Source: Penicillus capitatus (taxonomy: Eukaryota; Plantae; Chlorophyta). From it: DNA of 64,000 bases. Both the position numbers and the translations under genes were made by a program. Of this stretch, positions 1 through 11,400 are shown piece after piece. Location: positions 1,115,197-1,179,196 of the forward strand of contig OZ287694.1 of NCBI GenBank assembly GCA_965649825.1, in the 5' to 3' direction. The notes below the pieces were generated by a model. That model had not been told where the DNA came from. It saw only the letters and a list, made by a program, of their open reading frames with translations, and did not search any database. Position 1 is the first letter of the stretch; each line of letters opens with the position of its first letter.

Positions 1-293
1 GCGAGCACGCAAGGGGGATGGGACCCATCCGTCAGTTGATGCAAGAGATCCGGGAAGACATGAACCGATATGATCGCCGCAGAGAAGAATGGATCCGACA
101 GGGCTTGATAGAGGGCCCTTCTAAAAGGTCTCGGCAGGACCCCGAAGGGAGTTCTTCTAAAAGGCCCCGGCGGGACTCGGAAGGGGGCCCTTCTAAAAGG
201 TCTCGGCAGGACTCCGAAGGGAGTTCTTCTAAAAGGTCGCGACGGGACTCGGAAGGGGGATCTTCTAAAAGATCCCGTCGTCGACTGAACTGA
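1..293 (+). CDS. 3' part of the cassette orphan ORF (identical to the C-terminus of 45921-47096)
   Basis: Open frame from position 3 (EHARGMGPIRQ...) to TGA at 291-293; same translation as copy 2. Confidence 0.75.
   Translation, partial: EHARGMGPIRQLMQEIREDMNRYDRRREEWIRQGLIEGPSKRSRQDPEGSSSKRPRRDSEGGPSKRSRQDSEGSSSKRSRRDSEGGSSKRSRRRLN
117..293 (+). repeat. 36-bp coding tandem repeat, ~4.9 units, (P/S)SKRxRxDxEG(S/G)
   Basis: Units start at 117, 153, 189, 225 and 261, in an A-B-A-B' pattern. Confidence 0.95.
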
Positions 294-794
294 CTCGCCC
301 CGCCTGTTGCGGGTTAGGTTGAGAAAAGGTCAGGCCCAGGTTCGGCCGTCTGTTCGGACAGTCACGACTGCACGGTGGTTGCTGAGCGCGTTGTTGACTG
401 GTTCACCTCGCGCTTCTGCAAAAGGGCTAGTGGCGTCGTCGTGCTGGCGACGGGTTCCCAAGCACGCGGCGCCAATCCCGGTTTTGCCGTTCGTTAACCA
501 GTCGAAGGCGGGTCCTCGATTGGTGACGCCGTTCCTGGGCCTCCGCACGTTACACACGCGGAGTGATGATCTGACAATCACACTAGCATCCCGAAGCTTT
601 TTCGAGTTCACTTTCTACTGTTTCAGATTGCGCAAGAGCAGAATAATAGGCAAGGCTAGGGTTGGGAGCCTTTTGGCGAAAACGTCTCGGTGATGGATGT
701 GACTTGTCTCGGTGCTCGGCGACGGGTTCACCTTGCACCGATGGACGGACGTTCTGACGCTGCTGCCTCGGAGACTGGTTTCTCCTACGCGTGG

Positions 795-1056
795 TGTCAT
801 TGGCTGTATCCGTTCTAGCCACACTCGAAGGCGGGTCCTCGAGTGAACGGCACCCCTTCCCCGCGCCTCGGGTGTACATCTGGAATCTAGGTTCGCAAAA
901 GCATCAAGTTCTGAGTTAGAAGTGCATGGTTGTCATCGGCTGTGTTCGCTCTAGCCACACTCGAAGGCGGGTCCTCGAGTGAACGGCACCGCTTCGCTGC
1001 GCCTCGGGTGTACATCTGGTATCCAGGTTTGAAAATGCATCAAGTTCTGAGTTAGA
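795..1056 (+). repeat. 136-bp period tandem duplication, each unit carrying a CACTCGA-N10-TCGAGTG hairpin
   Basis: TGTCAT...TTCTGAGTTAGA at 795-920 and 931-1056; hairpins at 822-845 and 958-981. Confidence 0.9.
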
Positions 1057-1185
1057 CTGTTAACGCAGATATCAATCAATCATATGAATCGAGACTCGTT
1101 TTTCCTGTCTGACTGCAATACTTACTCCTTTGTCTGTTGCGTTACCGTTTCCGTAGGGGAACGCAATGTCAATTACGGTTCTCCT

Positions 1186-1190
1186 TGTAA
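1186..1190 (+). promoter_or_regulatory. Candidate TGTAA polyadenylation signal of the cassette transcript
   Basis: First TGTAA seen downstream of the ORF stop; retained in copy 2 (45024-45028, minus). UGUAA is the known chlorophyte signal. Confidence 0.4.
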
Positions 1191-1427
1191 CGCCTGTTCC
1201 AGTCTCCATTGTTTGTATATAGCGTCGCATGTCGAAAGCCCGAATCCGTTCCCGACTTGTTAGAAATACGAACCACGGTCCGAAATCCTCGGACTCGAGC
1301 GCCGCACGTAACCAACAACTACCACGGACAAGAATCAACTTTTACGTTTGCGCGAAACCTTAGCAGCTTCTGTATTTCCGTCACTTTATCGACGTGATGC
1401 TGAATCTTATCCTTTGAGTTTTCACAT

Positions 1428-1524
1428 ATCGCCTCCGATACGGTCGATTGCGTTCGATCGCCTCCGATACGGTCGATTGCGTTCGATCGCCTCCGATACG
1501 GTCGATTGCGTTCGATCGCCTCCG
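1428..1524. repeat. 29-bp tandem repeat ATCGCCTCCGATACGGTCGATTGCGTTCG x3.3
   Basis: Perfect units at 1428, 1457 and 1486 plus a partial unit; copy 2 has only 1.3 units. Confidence 0.95.
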
Positions 1525-1899
1525 CTTACATGCTTGGCGTGGGAGAAGTCGTCTTGAGGCTGTTCTTCTTTTCCATACCACGAATTTGGACTTCCTTCGA
1601 GAATTTCTTGCAGGTTAGCCATTTTACTTGTCACAGCGAATGTCTCCGTGTTTGCCATTTTTTCGTGGCGAGAACTGAAGCTGGTGAGAACTAACTGCTC
1701 ATATCGATCAGAACTGAATCGATAGTTCGAATTTTTTTGAGAAAAAAGCAACGTTGCCCATTAAGAAGACACTCCGACACGTGCCTTCCACGAGAGCCCT
1801 TAGTACGTATGCACAGAACCAGACAATGTTTTCTGCGGAGGCGGGTTCCCTTTAAATGCGTCGTCAAAATGTCGTCGTCGATGAGAAAGGGACAGTGCA

Positions 1900-3106
1900 A
1901 TGCATGCGTTTACTATTCCAATTTGTAGAATCACGCGACTTCACGTCGTCCAAAGACGTAGATCGAAGGCAATGGCCCGAGAAATTGACGCTGAGATTCG
2001 CGATTACTTACAGCGAACGTCGGAGGTCAATGCGCCGCCGTCAGACTTGAAAGCGCTACACCGTCTACGTTGCAATAATAAAATTGTCGGACTTTTGACA
2101 GACAAGTGCGTTTCTCACTCTTCTTTATTCTCTCACTCTATTTTAAATCAGTATCGTCACCCAGCTCGTGAAGTTCTCAGATGTTTTTGTGGCACATACT
2201 ACTGATCGCGTCATCGATGTTGCGCCGCATCTGTCTACATGTGAGCAGCGCACTGATGCCATCGCCAGTATCCCACTCTATCATACGACCTGAAGAGCAT
2301 TCCGACCGATATAGGTGTGATGGAGTCGTTGCGTGAGGCCAAGGTGATCCGCGGTTGGCGCAACGAGCTGTATCCCGTCGTCGCTGAGTTCCACGATGCT
2401 CCCTTCTTCCTCGTCAGCAATGACACATCGTCGTTCCGGTCTCTTAATCGCTAACTTTTAGATCGAACGCGCCGCTGCAGTGACGCTGGGGATCAGAGCA
2501 TACGGTGTGCACATCAATGGGTACGTCAGAAAAGACGACGGTCTGTATATGTGGGTCGCCAAGAGATCTCCGACAAAACCTACATGGCCATCCAAACTCG
2601 ATCATATCGCAGCGGGCGGCCAAGTGTGACATCTCTCGCTCAGTTTTAAGTTGACATGACTGGAAAAGTGAATAGCCTTTCGGTGTGGGTTTGATGGAGA
2701 ATGTGATCAAGGAATGCGAAGAAGAAGCTGGTATTCCGCCGTCGCTTGCCGAAAAGACAATCGCAACCGGTGCTGTGAGTTACATGGCTCTACCAGGAGA
2801 AGGCGTCAAGCAAGATGTCCTCTTCACTTTCGATTTGCCACTTCCCCAGGACTTCATCCCACAACCCGTCGACGGAGAGGTACCATTGTCGCTACTATTG
2901 CAATTTTCTAATCGGATCCACAGGTGGAGTCCTTTTCGCTGCTGCCGATTTCGGAAGTGCAACATCTCGTACGCCGGACAAGGGATTACAAGCCGAACTG
3001 CGCCGTCGTGATTATCGATTTCTTCCTGCGCCACGGTCTTGTCTCTCCCGATCAGAAAGGATATCTAGCTTTGCTCGATTCTCTTCGACGTGGTCCGTTA
3101 TCGTAA
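1900..3106 (+). CDS. Nudix hydrolase 20/24-like (DUF4743 + Nudix), multi-exon
   Basis: Spliced motifs GWRNELYPV, YGVHINGYV, ENVIKECEEEAGIP (Nudix box), DVLFTFDL, YKPNCAVVIIDFFLRHG; stop TAA at 3104-3106. Start could be 1900 or 1972. Confidence 0.88.
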
Positions 3107-3133
3107 AAGTTTTCATCCACTTTGGCCGTTTCG

Positions 3134-5241
3134 ATGTCGACGATGACGCGACGCAGGAATCGTTCGAGCGACGATACGTCGTCAAAATCGACGCTATCGG
3201 GGGATCCATTTCGTCACCTCGACGACAAACTCGCCGGCGTTATCTTCGGCTGCACGGACGACACTTACGACGAATGCATAGAAGAAGGCGTTTTCGGTTT
3301 GCCCATGGGGCACATCTCTTACGTCCAAGGTATTAAACTGGGCACGCCGATCTTTCTCTTCAACTACAGTCGACGCGAATTGCATGGCGTCTTTGCTGCT
3401 GCATCGACAGGCCAGATAAATCTACGGCCACACGGCTGGACGAGCGGGACGACGGAGAAGACGAGCTTTCCGGCGCAGGTGCGCGTCCGACGACATAAAA
3501 AAGGAACACCATTGAAAGAGCACCAGTTTAAGAAGGCCATTCAGCAGAACTACGATTGCGACGGGCCGCTTTTTCAATTTGAATTGGATGAGGGGCAAGT
3601 CAAACTTCTCTGTCAATTATTTAAATCTACAGTTCCTCGAACTCAGAGGACAAAGCCAATCACACCGAAGCCGCCGCCAGTGATCCAATCACATGTAGCG
3701 CAGCGTTGTCACTCTGTCGATGACAATAAAGTGAATGTGGCAGCACAGAAGCCGTTATCTCAGAGTACATCTCGCCCAATGAGATTGTCCAGTAGAAGAT
3801 CTCGTCGTCCGCTCATTCCCAGCAGCTCGGGTACAGAGAAAAATGAAAGTTCAGTATTGCAGGGACCAAGTAAGTGTGATGGACCTTGGTTTGTCGAAGA
3901 TCATGGTTGTGTTGTCTATTGTAGACGATAAGAGAAGCAGCGGCCGAAGATCGCAGAAGAATCTGACAAACACTCGATCGTACAGATCTACCATTTCGCC
4001 AGCACAGGTAGCACCTCTGAGAGAGAAGAATGTATGTGCGAGTATTTTGACAGAGTGTGAAAGTGTCCCCTGGTCCGACGGGGTTGACACCACAAAATCC
4101 GGTTGGATTGCCGGTAAACTATACGCAACTTCGTCGTCCGCGGCGAACGTTGGGCGAAGCTAATGGTATCCTCAGTGAGGCAGCTGTGGAGCGCCTTGAT
4201 GGGAAGTATCGTACGAAGAAATCACTGTCCTTATCAGAACCTCCATCTCGACAGAGAAGAGAAGTCCTTCCCCCACAGGACGATCTTCTCACCCAGTTCC
4301 TTCAATCGACTCAGAAGGATGAAAGATTCTTTGCACACAAAACCGAAGATACATTGCTGCTCATCGGAGGCATTGATGAAGAAGACAGTTTTTCACGCAT
4401 CGAGGTCTTACAGGAAGATCGGCAGTCCTGGAAGGCATCACTCTTCATTCCGAACCTGCGTACCATTGGCAGTCGAGCCGTCAGCATTAACGATTGTATT
4501 ATTCTCCTCGGAGGTGAAGAGCAGGAGCATGAGTCGACATGTGCTGTCGAGATGCTAAAATCTGGATGGAAGAGATGGAAATCGATGCAGCCTATGCCAC
4601 ATGCTCGACAGCAATTTTCTGCGTGTCCCTTTGGAACATCGATCTTCACAGTGGGAGGTGGCAACGCCTTCCGTGAGATGGTTATTTGTGAGTATCTTGA
4701 TGACAATCGCAATTCGTGGATGCCTGCACCGTCACTCATCCAAGGGAGATATGGATGCGCCTCCTGTTCATCTGCCTCAGTTCTTTTCGCAGCTGGAGGT
4801 GGTCGTAGAAGCACTGTCCTGAGCACCGTCGAGATGCTGGATGACCGATGTCGCAAATGGCAAAAGATTCCTTCCATGAACGCAGCCAGAAAGCACCACG
4901 CAATGATCTCTTTTCAGGACAAGCTATGGGTGTTGGGTGGAGAAGACAGCGAGGGCGCCTATCTCTCCTCTGTCGAAGCTTACGATCTGCGGAATCAACA
5001 ATGGAAAGCTATGCCGTCTCTCATGAACCCCAGGGCTTACTTTACTGCTGAGGTGCTGGACAACACGCTCCATGTTCTGGGCGGTTCCTCAAGTGCCAAC
5101 GTCGCAGATTTCCGAATTCTGGCTGGAGAACAATACAGTTGCGGAGATGCGACATGGATCGAAGGCCTTTCTGTTGGGAGCACAGGAAAGAGAGGCCATC
5201 ACACCTCCTGTGTCATCCGCGCTAGTCATTCAATGAATTGA
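3134..5241 (+). CDS. DCD (development and cell death) domain plus kelch-repeat protein
   Basis: LAGVIFGCTDDTYDEC...FGLP...LFLFNY...LHGVF...FPAQV (DCD) followed by ~6 kelch repeats (GG doublets, W...M...R) in ORF 4057-5241. Confidence 0.88.
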
Positions 5242-5242
5242 C

Positions 5243-5247
5243 TGTAA
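5243..5247 (+). promoter_or_regulatory. TGTAA poly(A) signal after the DCD-kelch gene
   Basis: TGTAA one base after the TGA stop. Confidence 0.5.
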
Positions 5248-5422
5248 ACACGTTTGAATGACAAGACAGTTCTAAAGACATTCCGGAGAGTCATCACACT
5301 CACAGGCACCACAGATGGCTACGATCGACGTTTCGCATAAGAATAAATGATATATCTAGAAGCAGCAGAAGACAAAGAGACACACAAAGAATCTATGCTA
5401 CCCACAAAACAGCATTATCTGC

Positions 5423-8400
5423 TCAGTTCCGCTTTGATCCAGTCTTTTCCTGTCGGTCCGCGTTCGGCAATCTGACAGAGGGGCCTACTACAGGAGAGGG
5501 GTAGAGATGGCATAAGGACGCGATGTGATGTGACTTGCCTGTCCTGTCATTGGCTCTTTGCACAGTAGAGGGCCGTACGATTCCTTCGGACAAGAGCGAT
5601 TCGAGCTGAACACTGGATGGTGATTGAGAGAACTGCCCTCGAGAATCTAATGGTCCCAAGTGGTTTTGCGTTGCTTCTTCGTAAAGTCGATGAAATGCAT
5701 CATCATGCACGATTTCTTTAAGCAGTTCTGGTTGCATTTTAGTACTCAAGATTTGACGGAACCAATCCCTAGACACACATACCCAAGTTGTCTATTCAGT
5801 TATGTTCATCAGCACGGCACGTACGTGGCTTTCATGCCAGATCGAGTAGCAGTCGAGAGAGGAGTCACACTCTCAGGGGTTGTTTGTTCTGCACCATACC
5901 GCTGCAGTGCTCGCGGAGGCGTTAACAAATGAGAGAGCTCGTTTCTATCGGCGGCGGTTGGCGTTTTTAGAACAGGTTTAGCAGTACGAGAGTCCGAAGG
6001 GATAGCCTTGACGGGTGTTGGATCCTGTTGACTGAGCTCCTCCCCTTCGAGTTCCCTACACACACCATCCATCAGCAGATCAGAAAAGCGCATTTCGTCC
6101 TCGACCTCAAGTCGACCCATTCTGTCAGCTCAGTCGGTTTTCCTTTATCACACGTTAGACGATGCTCATTCGTTTGTCTATTGAAACCAGTCACTTCTGC
6201 CTTGCGCCACTCTGCGTGGTCAGGCCATCGACGCCAGATTTGACATCCAATCAGTGCCCATCCCAATCGATCCAATGCCATACCTACAAGCCATTTTGAG
6301 AAAGAGTGAGGGTGTGAGCGAGTCATGCGTGTTTTCCTACCAATACTCTCTCCAGGTTGAATCTCCACAGAGTCTTTCTGATCTATGGGCAGTTTCTTGG
6401 AATTCTCAAACTCACTGGCGCTTCCTTGCGTCACAGGGGGGACAACGAATGGCGTCTCTGCCGCCGTCGTCGCCACCGAATGGGTTTTCTTATATTCCGT
6501 TGGTGAAATCACTCTTTCAGATTCTGATCGTTTTTGTGCAGTCGAGAGACTCTTCTGCCTATTCCATTCTGTGGCAGATGTCTCTCCCATCAATAGCTGC
6601 GTCAAAGTGCCGTTACGATGTTGGCGACGCACACCTCTTGTCGTCATCTGATCTCCATCCCCAGTGGATGTCGACGTTCCTCTAGCCACAGGCGTCTCCA
6701 GGTCAATTCCTCTAAGTTTCTGAGGATAGGGCTCGTAGACAGAAGAGGACGGAGCAGTTCCATCTTTGAGCTCTTGACTGTACCGTCCTGATGAAAGATA
6801 ATGCTCAAAATCGAGAAGACACTTCTCATAGTTAAGGCGCATGTTGTACGAAGCAGAGGTTTGTCCTTTCAGATTGACATTCAGAGTGCGGCAGACATCT
6901 TTCCAGAGCTTCACACTGGTGACAACATCATAGCCTCCTCTCTGCTGAACCTCATGAAAAACCTGCATCATCCCTGTCCACATCCACTGCCCTCATCGAC
7001 GCGATCTGCTTACTTTGTAGAGATCCAGATCTTTGCCTGAAAAGACAGGGCATTTGAATTTCCCTTTCAGTCTCTGCATGAAGTTGTGGATGAGAATAGG
7101 AAATTCGTACGGACCGGGAAGCAAAGCCATCATCTCTGGTGGCACAGGACCGGACGGATTCTTTGGATCGTAGTATACAAGTTCCTGAAGCGCCGATCCG
7201 CGTCGTCGTGGTCGCCCTGACGGTTTACCTCCTTCAATATCTGCCAAGGGATCGTAATCTGGATCGCCGACAGACTGCACATCATCTGCATCCACCATGT
7301 CTGCCAGATATTCCGTTCGGTGTTGCTTGGCCAAGGCACGCGCCTGACGCGATCTGGATTCGATCTGCCGCATGCGCGTCTCTTCGAGCTTTTTCTGTTC
7401 TTCCGGGTCGACTTCGATCTCCCATGGCGACACTTTCATCGATGCTCCACTGTGGTCGTTGTCCCACTCGACGGTCAAGCTTTCCCACGGATCATATGCT
7501 TCGCCCTGGACGGACTGTTTGACGCTCGAAATGGTACCCTTGTAGTAAATGCCACTGGGTCCACGTGTCAAGCTCTTGCCTCCGAAGAACATTTTGAATC
7601 GATCTCCCGTTTTCCATTTCGTCTTGCGGCTCTGTTCGAAAGCCGAAATCTTCACAATGTAATCTGGTAAGGCATTGTCCACGTGGATGGGCAAAGCAAT
7701 CGTGTTTGAGGCATCTTGGAGGGATGCCATAAGAAGCCACATGCATGGCTGGACTGGCAGAGATGTGTCTTCTGCCAAAGCTGTTCCCTCCGGAGGGGCA
7801 TCTGGATAGGGACTGCGATAAGAGATGCAGCAAACACGGAAATACTCAACAGGCGAGAGCTGCTCGGCACGTCTCTGTGCAGCTGAAACGATTTTGGGAT
7901 GGGTGGACTGACGAAAGCAAGAAGCAGCGGTCGATGCTGCCAATGTCTGGTGGGAAACCTCGAGATAACGTTCTAGATGGGCCAGACAACCTGTTCTCAA
8001 GAAAACGACGTGTTCAGATGGCATCGGAAAATACAATGGACACCTAAGGCCAATCCTGCCACACAGTCTGAGCATCGAGAACCTCACTTGGCATCTTGAA
8101 CCATAATGTTAAAGGCTAATCGATGAACGGAATGGGCCGGAGAATGGACAAAACTCTGAAACAGTGTCAGATGTGCGATGATGCCGTGGAGCGAAGGACA
8201 GTCGAGTAAACTATCCTTCCACGCTTCCCTCAACGACTTCCACTCTTCGCGCACTGTCCCGTGATCGCAGACCACTTCCATCATCCGACACACCTCTTTG
8301 GATACAACCGTCGTCTCTTCTGCATTCTAAAGGGGTCCATGTCTCAAGCATCGACGGACGGGAACGATGGAACCAAACCGCGATTTTATCTAGCAATGAG

Positions 8401-11400
8401 CAGATGTCGATGTGGACGTATTTTTCCGTTTCCCACAAAGGAATGGTGGAGAGCAGTGCCCGAACGCAGGTCAAGACACGTGTGGCCGGATGGACATCTC
8501 CAGGCGGCTCCGCAATTTCGCCCTCGCCTCTTAGCAACGGAAACCGAACGTCAGAATACCCATCCATCCTGAAAGCTTCGAGCATGGCAGGTTCAAGTTT
8601 ATGGTATCCCAGGGAGATGATATTGAGTGTGGAACTGTCAGAGAGTGATCGATTTCTCTCCAGCTGGACTGGCTTCGGAATGTGATGCATCGCTTCTAAG
8701 AGTGATTTCTCGCATTCCAGTTCTCCTTTCTCCAGCCAATCGATGAACTGAGCGATGGATTCTCCTTCATACCATCCCCAGAAGATCCTCTCTGAACGGT
8801 TACGGTGACGGTAGCGTTGAGTGGTTGCAGATACAGACAGACTCTGCGCATAGGCCAGGCGGTTCTCTACGTAGATACGGAAACATCCAGAAACGTCACC
8901 CAGTACCCAGTAATGATTTCCTTTGAAATCCTGTCCTAGTGTGCTCAACACACCCAACCTGTAAACACACACAACTCAGGACAGGAGCATTGCGGATATC
9001 GCATCGTGTACTTGTGGGCTGAAAACCAGTGGCTCCACTTTTCGACACTCAAATTCGCTCCCTTTCTCTCAAAAGACAGACTCATGGATTCGAGCACAGC
9101 CACATTTAGAGGCTTCTCTTCGTAAGACTGAAGTTTTTGGACAGTAAGTTTGTCGACTAAACTATTCAGATGTTCACGGAATACGTCTGTGGACACGACC
9201 ATGTCGACCAGTGTGCACAGGATCTTCAGCTTTGCGTGAACTGTCAAGTCTAGATACTCATGTCCGTGTAGAAATGCCGCAGCGCTGCGTGTGTGCTCAT
9301 CCACGTATTCCGCTTGCGATTTCAGCAACAATAGACTTGTGGACTGTGTCCAGTGTGGCGTTGAGGATGCCTTGACATCCATTGTGGCATGCGTCAATGT
9401 CTCTTTGCCAAATGATGCGCGTCCTTGGAGGACTCGACAGAGGGCCACGTGAATATCCTGCAGGAGCAGGGCAGAGGCTTTTCCCTGTGTATCTTGAACA
9501 GCATTCTTTGGATCTTTTGTCAGTTGCGTTTTGATGTCGCTGCGTTTGATGCTGCAGTACATTGGACACAAAGCAGCCTCGAATCTCCAAAAGGGAAAAG
9601 GTGGCAACTCCAGGCGCACATGAAATGTCATCAGAAAATTCCAGCAACTCAATGCCATGCCTATCAACTCCTGAGGGATTCTGAATGTTGAGACGACTGG
9701 AGGTGGAGAACCGCGTCGTCGATCCGCTTCTTGCTCTTTTCTAAGCTGTTCCTGTGCTTTTCTCTCTCGGCGTGTTTTTTGGGCCTCACTCTCACCAGCT
9801 TTCTTAGAACGGTGCCGCTTGCCGCTTTCATGAATATAATCTTCGTCTTCGTCTTCCTAGAAACAGTGCACCGTAGCACATCTTTATCTAAGGAGATGCC
9901 GTTCTCCTCTCTCTACTTTCATGTTTGTATCCATATCACAGTTGGGATCGAAAAGGGGGTCATCTTCATCCATTTCGGACAGAGAAGCTGAAATCTCATT
10001 AGCAGGAGAAGGAGATTGAATGCGCTGTTTCTTTCGGCTCACGCTTTTCTCTCGGTTTCCAATCTTCGCCATAACATTTTTCTCGCCGGTTTTGCTTGAC
10101 GGCACTGCAGATTTGTGACTCCTCAGTGACCGTTGCGGTGTCTGCGCCTTGATCGTCACTTCCTCCGATTCTAATCACACACAACGTCGATCCATATATA
10201 ATTTCACACTGCTCGCGCACGTGGACTTTCGTTGGTTTCTTGACTGAAAGTGGAGGCACCAGAATCGGCAACAACAGACACGCCGTTCTCTTCTTTTGTC
10301 GTCTTGGAGCAAGACAATGAATGTTTTGGCATAGATCGAAGTGTCTCTTCTTTCAAGGGTTCACTCTCCATGATAATTTCCACGACTTCATCAGGAATTG
10401 AAGGCGATGTGCCTCCTATGCAATCAGAGAGCGATGACTCAGCACAAAACAATGAGCCTGTTTCTGGTCGATTGATAGCAGATAGGGACATCATGAACTT
10501 ATGAAACGTCCCAGAAACAAATCGTACGTAATAGTCAGCCGGATTCAACAACTTATACCTGAACCACACACCACGGGTCAGAAACGCCATTTTAGAATGT
10601 CAGATCACCAAGCATGACGTGTAATTAACCAAATACCGGGAAGAGGACCATACTGAAAACACCAGTCCACCAGGACATCCAGACACAAAGGATACGGCTC
10701 GTCATCTGCATACCAAACACAGCACTGTTGACAAAGACGTCTGGTATGGGACAGTTTTCACCCTGCGTTTCATCAGGGACGATCAACTGACCCAAAGCCT
10801 GTATCTCTGTCATATTATCTGATGTGACATCCTCTAGAGCAACGTATTTTGTCGGTTCTTTCCTGAATCGAATGCAGAAATGATTCAAAAACCTCACTGG
10901 GAGCTCCGCAGATTCTGCCCAGACAGCAACTCTTCCTTAATAGATACAGAGACGAGGTGTACAGGTCACCTTTTCTCAGAGAGAAATGCTCGGGTACGTG
11001 TGCTTCGTCAGAGAGCTGCCTTTCCGCTGCCTCGTCTCTGGGCAATCCCGCCTCGTCCCACTTGGCTTCGAAATGCAGCTCCGTCTTGCGGCAGACCTCT
11101 CGGACAGGGGCATCGTTGGGACCGTTGTTATACGTGTAACAATTTTTCCAGACGCGCGAGACCTCCTTGAACACGTCTTCCGCCTTTCTGTAGTAACTGC
11201 GGAGGTCCCAGTTATTTTTCTGCCCGGTCTCGAGTCGTTTATATATGGTGCCGAGATCGATAGGACAGGAAATGACGGCGGGGTAGTCTGGTACGTTATC
11301 GGCTACGGGATCGACGGGTTTGTTAAAGAGCAGCTTTGCGCCTTTCGTCTTCATAACCCTCTGAACAATGGACTTGGCACTGTCGAGCTGGGGTCCATGA

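Larger units (their letters stand above)
1..1754 (+). mobile_element. Copy 1 (5'-truncated by window edge) of an unclassified dispersed repeat cassette
   Basis: Reverse complement of 44520-46213. Coordinates sum to 46214 with no indel over 1-1427. Homology ends at ...AAAGCAACGT (1754). No transposase, RT or integrase seen, so mobility is inferred from copy number and near-identity. Confidence 0.7.

Noticed and set aside
117-293. 36-bp and 29-bp (1428-1524) repeats as CRISPR arrays
   Set aside because: Units are directly adjacent with no unique spacers, the context is eukaryotic, and there are no cas genes.
564-574. TGATGA-T-CTGA as a C/D-box snoRNA
   Set aside because: The boxes are adjacent with no room for guide sequences; at most a chance K-loop-like motif.
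307-879. Short ORFs 307-693, 330-611, 583-879 and 615-824, and their copy-2 equivalents, as genes
   Set aside because: They overlap on both strands, mostly lack ATG starts and show no recognisable motifs; their identity between copies just reflects DNA identity.
1725-1738. GTTCGAAT plus T-run as a tRNA/SINE B-box and Pol III terminator
   Set aside because: The B-box lacks its conserved final C, there is no convincing A-box or cloverleaf, and the T-run length differs between copies.
294-1754. Hammerhead ribozyme (retrozyme or Penelope-like element)
   Set aside because: No CTGANGA...GAAA core found on either strand of the cassette 3' region.
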